From contig JAGGUL010000038.1 in assembly GCA_021158525.1 (NCBI GenBank), positions 1 to 62,395 of the forward strand: a DNA stretch of 62,395 nt, read 5' to 3'. This document shows positions 62,251-62,395 of the stretch, in pieces. Source of the DNA: Candidatus Hydrothermota bacterium. GTDB taxonomy: Bacteria > Hydrothermota > Hydrothermia > B15-G9 > DRBW01. How positions within the stretch are numbered: position 1 is the stretch's first letter; the number at the start of each line of letters is the position of its first letter. The position numbers were made by a program, and so were the translations under genes. The notes below the pieces were generated by a model. It searched no databases. It was not told where the DNA came from and saw nothing but the letters and a program-made list of their open reading frames with translations.

Positions 62251-62395
62251 ATGAACGTTTCTATACCTCATCACAATCTTAATGCAAAAGAGAAGAAAAA
62301 CATAGTCTCTGCTAACCAGAAACTCTACAAAAAGGCCCCAAAAAAGATTAAATCGCTCATGCTCAACGACCTCCAGTGCATCACTGGCTATTCAA
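62251..62395 (+). CDS. 5' part of an ORF running off the right edge; N-terminus resembles the HTH region of DDE integrase-type IS transposases
   Basis: SD AAAGGAGGAA, ATG 62251. MNVSIPHHNLNAKEKKNIVSANQKLYKKAPKKIKSLMLNDLQCITGYS. AT-rich. The K..K(S)xxLxxLxxxTGY(S/N) pattern is recalled from transposase N-termini, and only 48 aa are visible. Confidence 0.35.
   Translation, partial: MNVSIPHHNLNAKEKKNIVSANQKLYKKAPKKIKSLMLNDLQCITGYS

Noticed and set aside
1-62395. CRISPR arrays, reverse transcriptases (DGR/retron/group II intron), toxin-antitoxin pairs, known defence-system signatures
   Set aside because: None was recognisable. I saw no spaced direct-repeat arrays, no YxDD/RT motifs and no paired small ORFs of TA type. 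The only tandem DNA repeat outside protein-domain repeats is the 51-nt-period duplication in the 38-aa ORF.

Overview
This is a 62.4-kb stretch of a bacterial chromosome. By eye it is about 50-55% GC. AGG/AGA/ATA-rich codons and E/K/R-rich proteins suggest a thermophile. T9SS-type C-terminal sorting domains on two secreted proteins, plus several archaeal-type enzymes, suggest an uncultured FCB-related or candidate-phylum lineage; this is inference only.

I call about 60 protein genes and one tRNA-Thr(CGT). I saw no rRNA, CRISPR array, reverse transcriptase or intact prophage.

Most of the window is housekeeping:
- TetR-TolC-MFP-RND efflux operon
- tlpA-hslV, pyrR-yjbQ, tilS-hpt-ftsH, yggS-yggT, pnp-rpsO
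- purA, an acyl-CoA ligase, ispDF, fba, mnmA, sucD
- nucleoside salvage genes (cdd, PNP, thymidine phosphorylase)
- a five-gene polyamine cluster (speD, two speE paralogs, pdaD, speB)

Unusual parts:
1. 13.46-20.03 kb is my best candidate for an undescribed module.
   - It starts with a 1706-aa fusion of Hanks kinase, STAND ATPase, TPR, GAF, sigma54-type AAA+ and Fis HTH, whose GAFTGA loop is degenerate.
   - On the same strand follow a UAS-like palindrome and a consensus sigma70 promoter.
   - Next comes a 38-aa ORF, below the ORF-track cutoff, built from two GIPIDMPGSPRPPW units that differ only by synonymous changes.
   - The region ends with an intrinsic terminator and about 0.85 kb with no convincing gene.
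2. A 19-aa leader ORF with its own promoter and SD sits directly upstream of speD.
3. An AT-rich island carries a membrane-anchored serpin broken by a homopolymer frameshift.
4. A 540-nt spacer holds four long GC hairpins, including a duplicated 35-nt palindrome with a compensatory arm change.

All functional calls come from motif recognition by eye. No database search, folding or statistics could be run.
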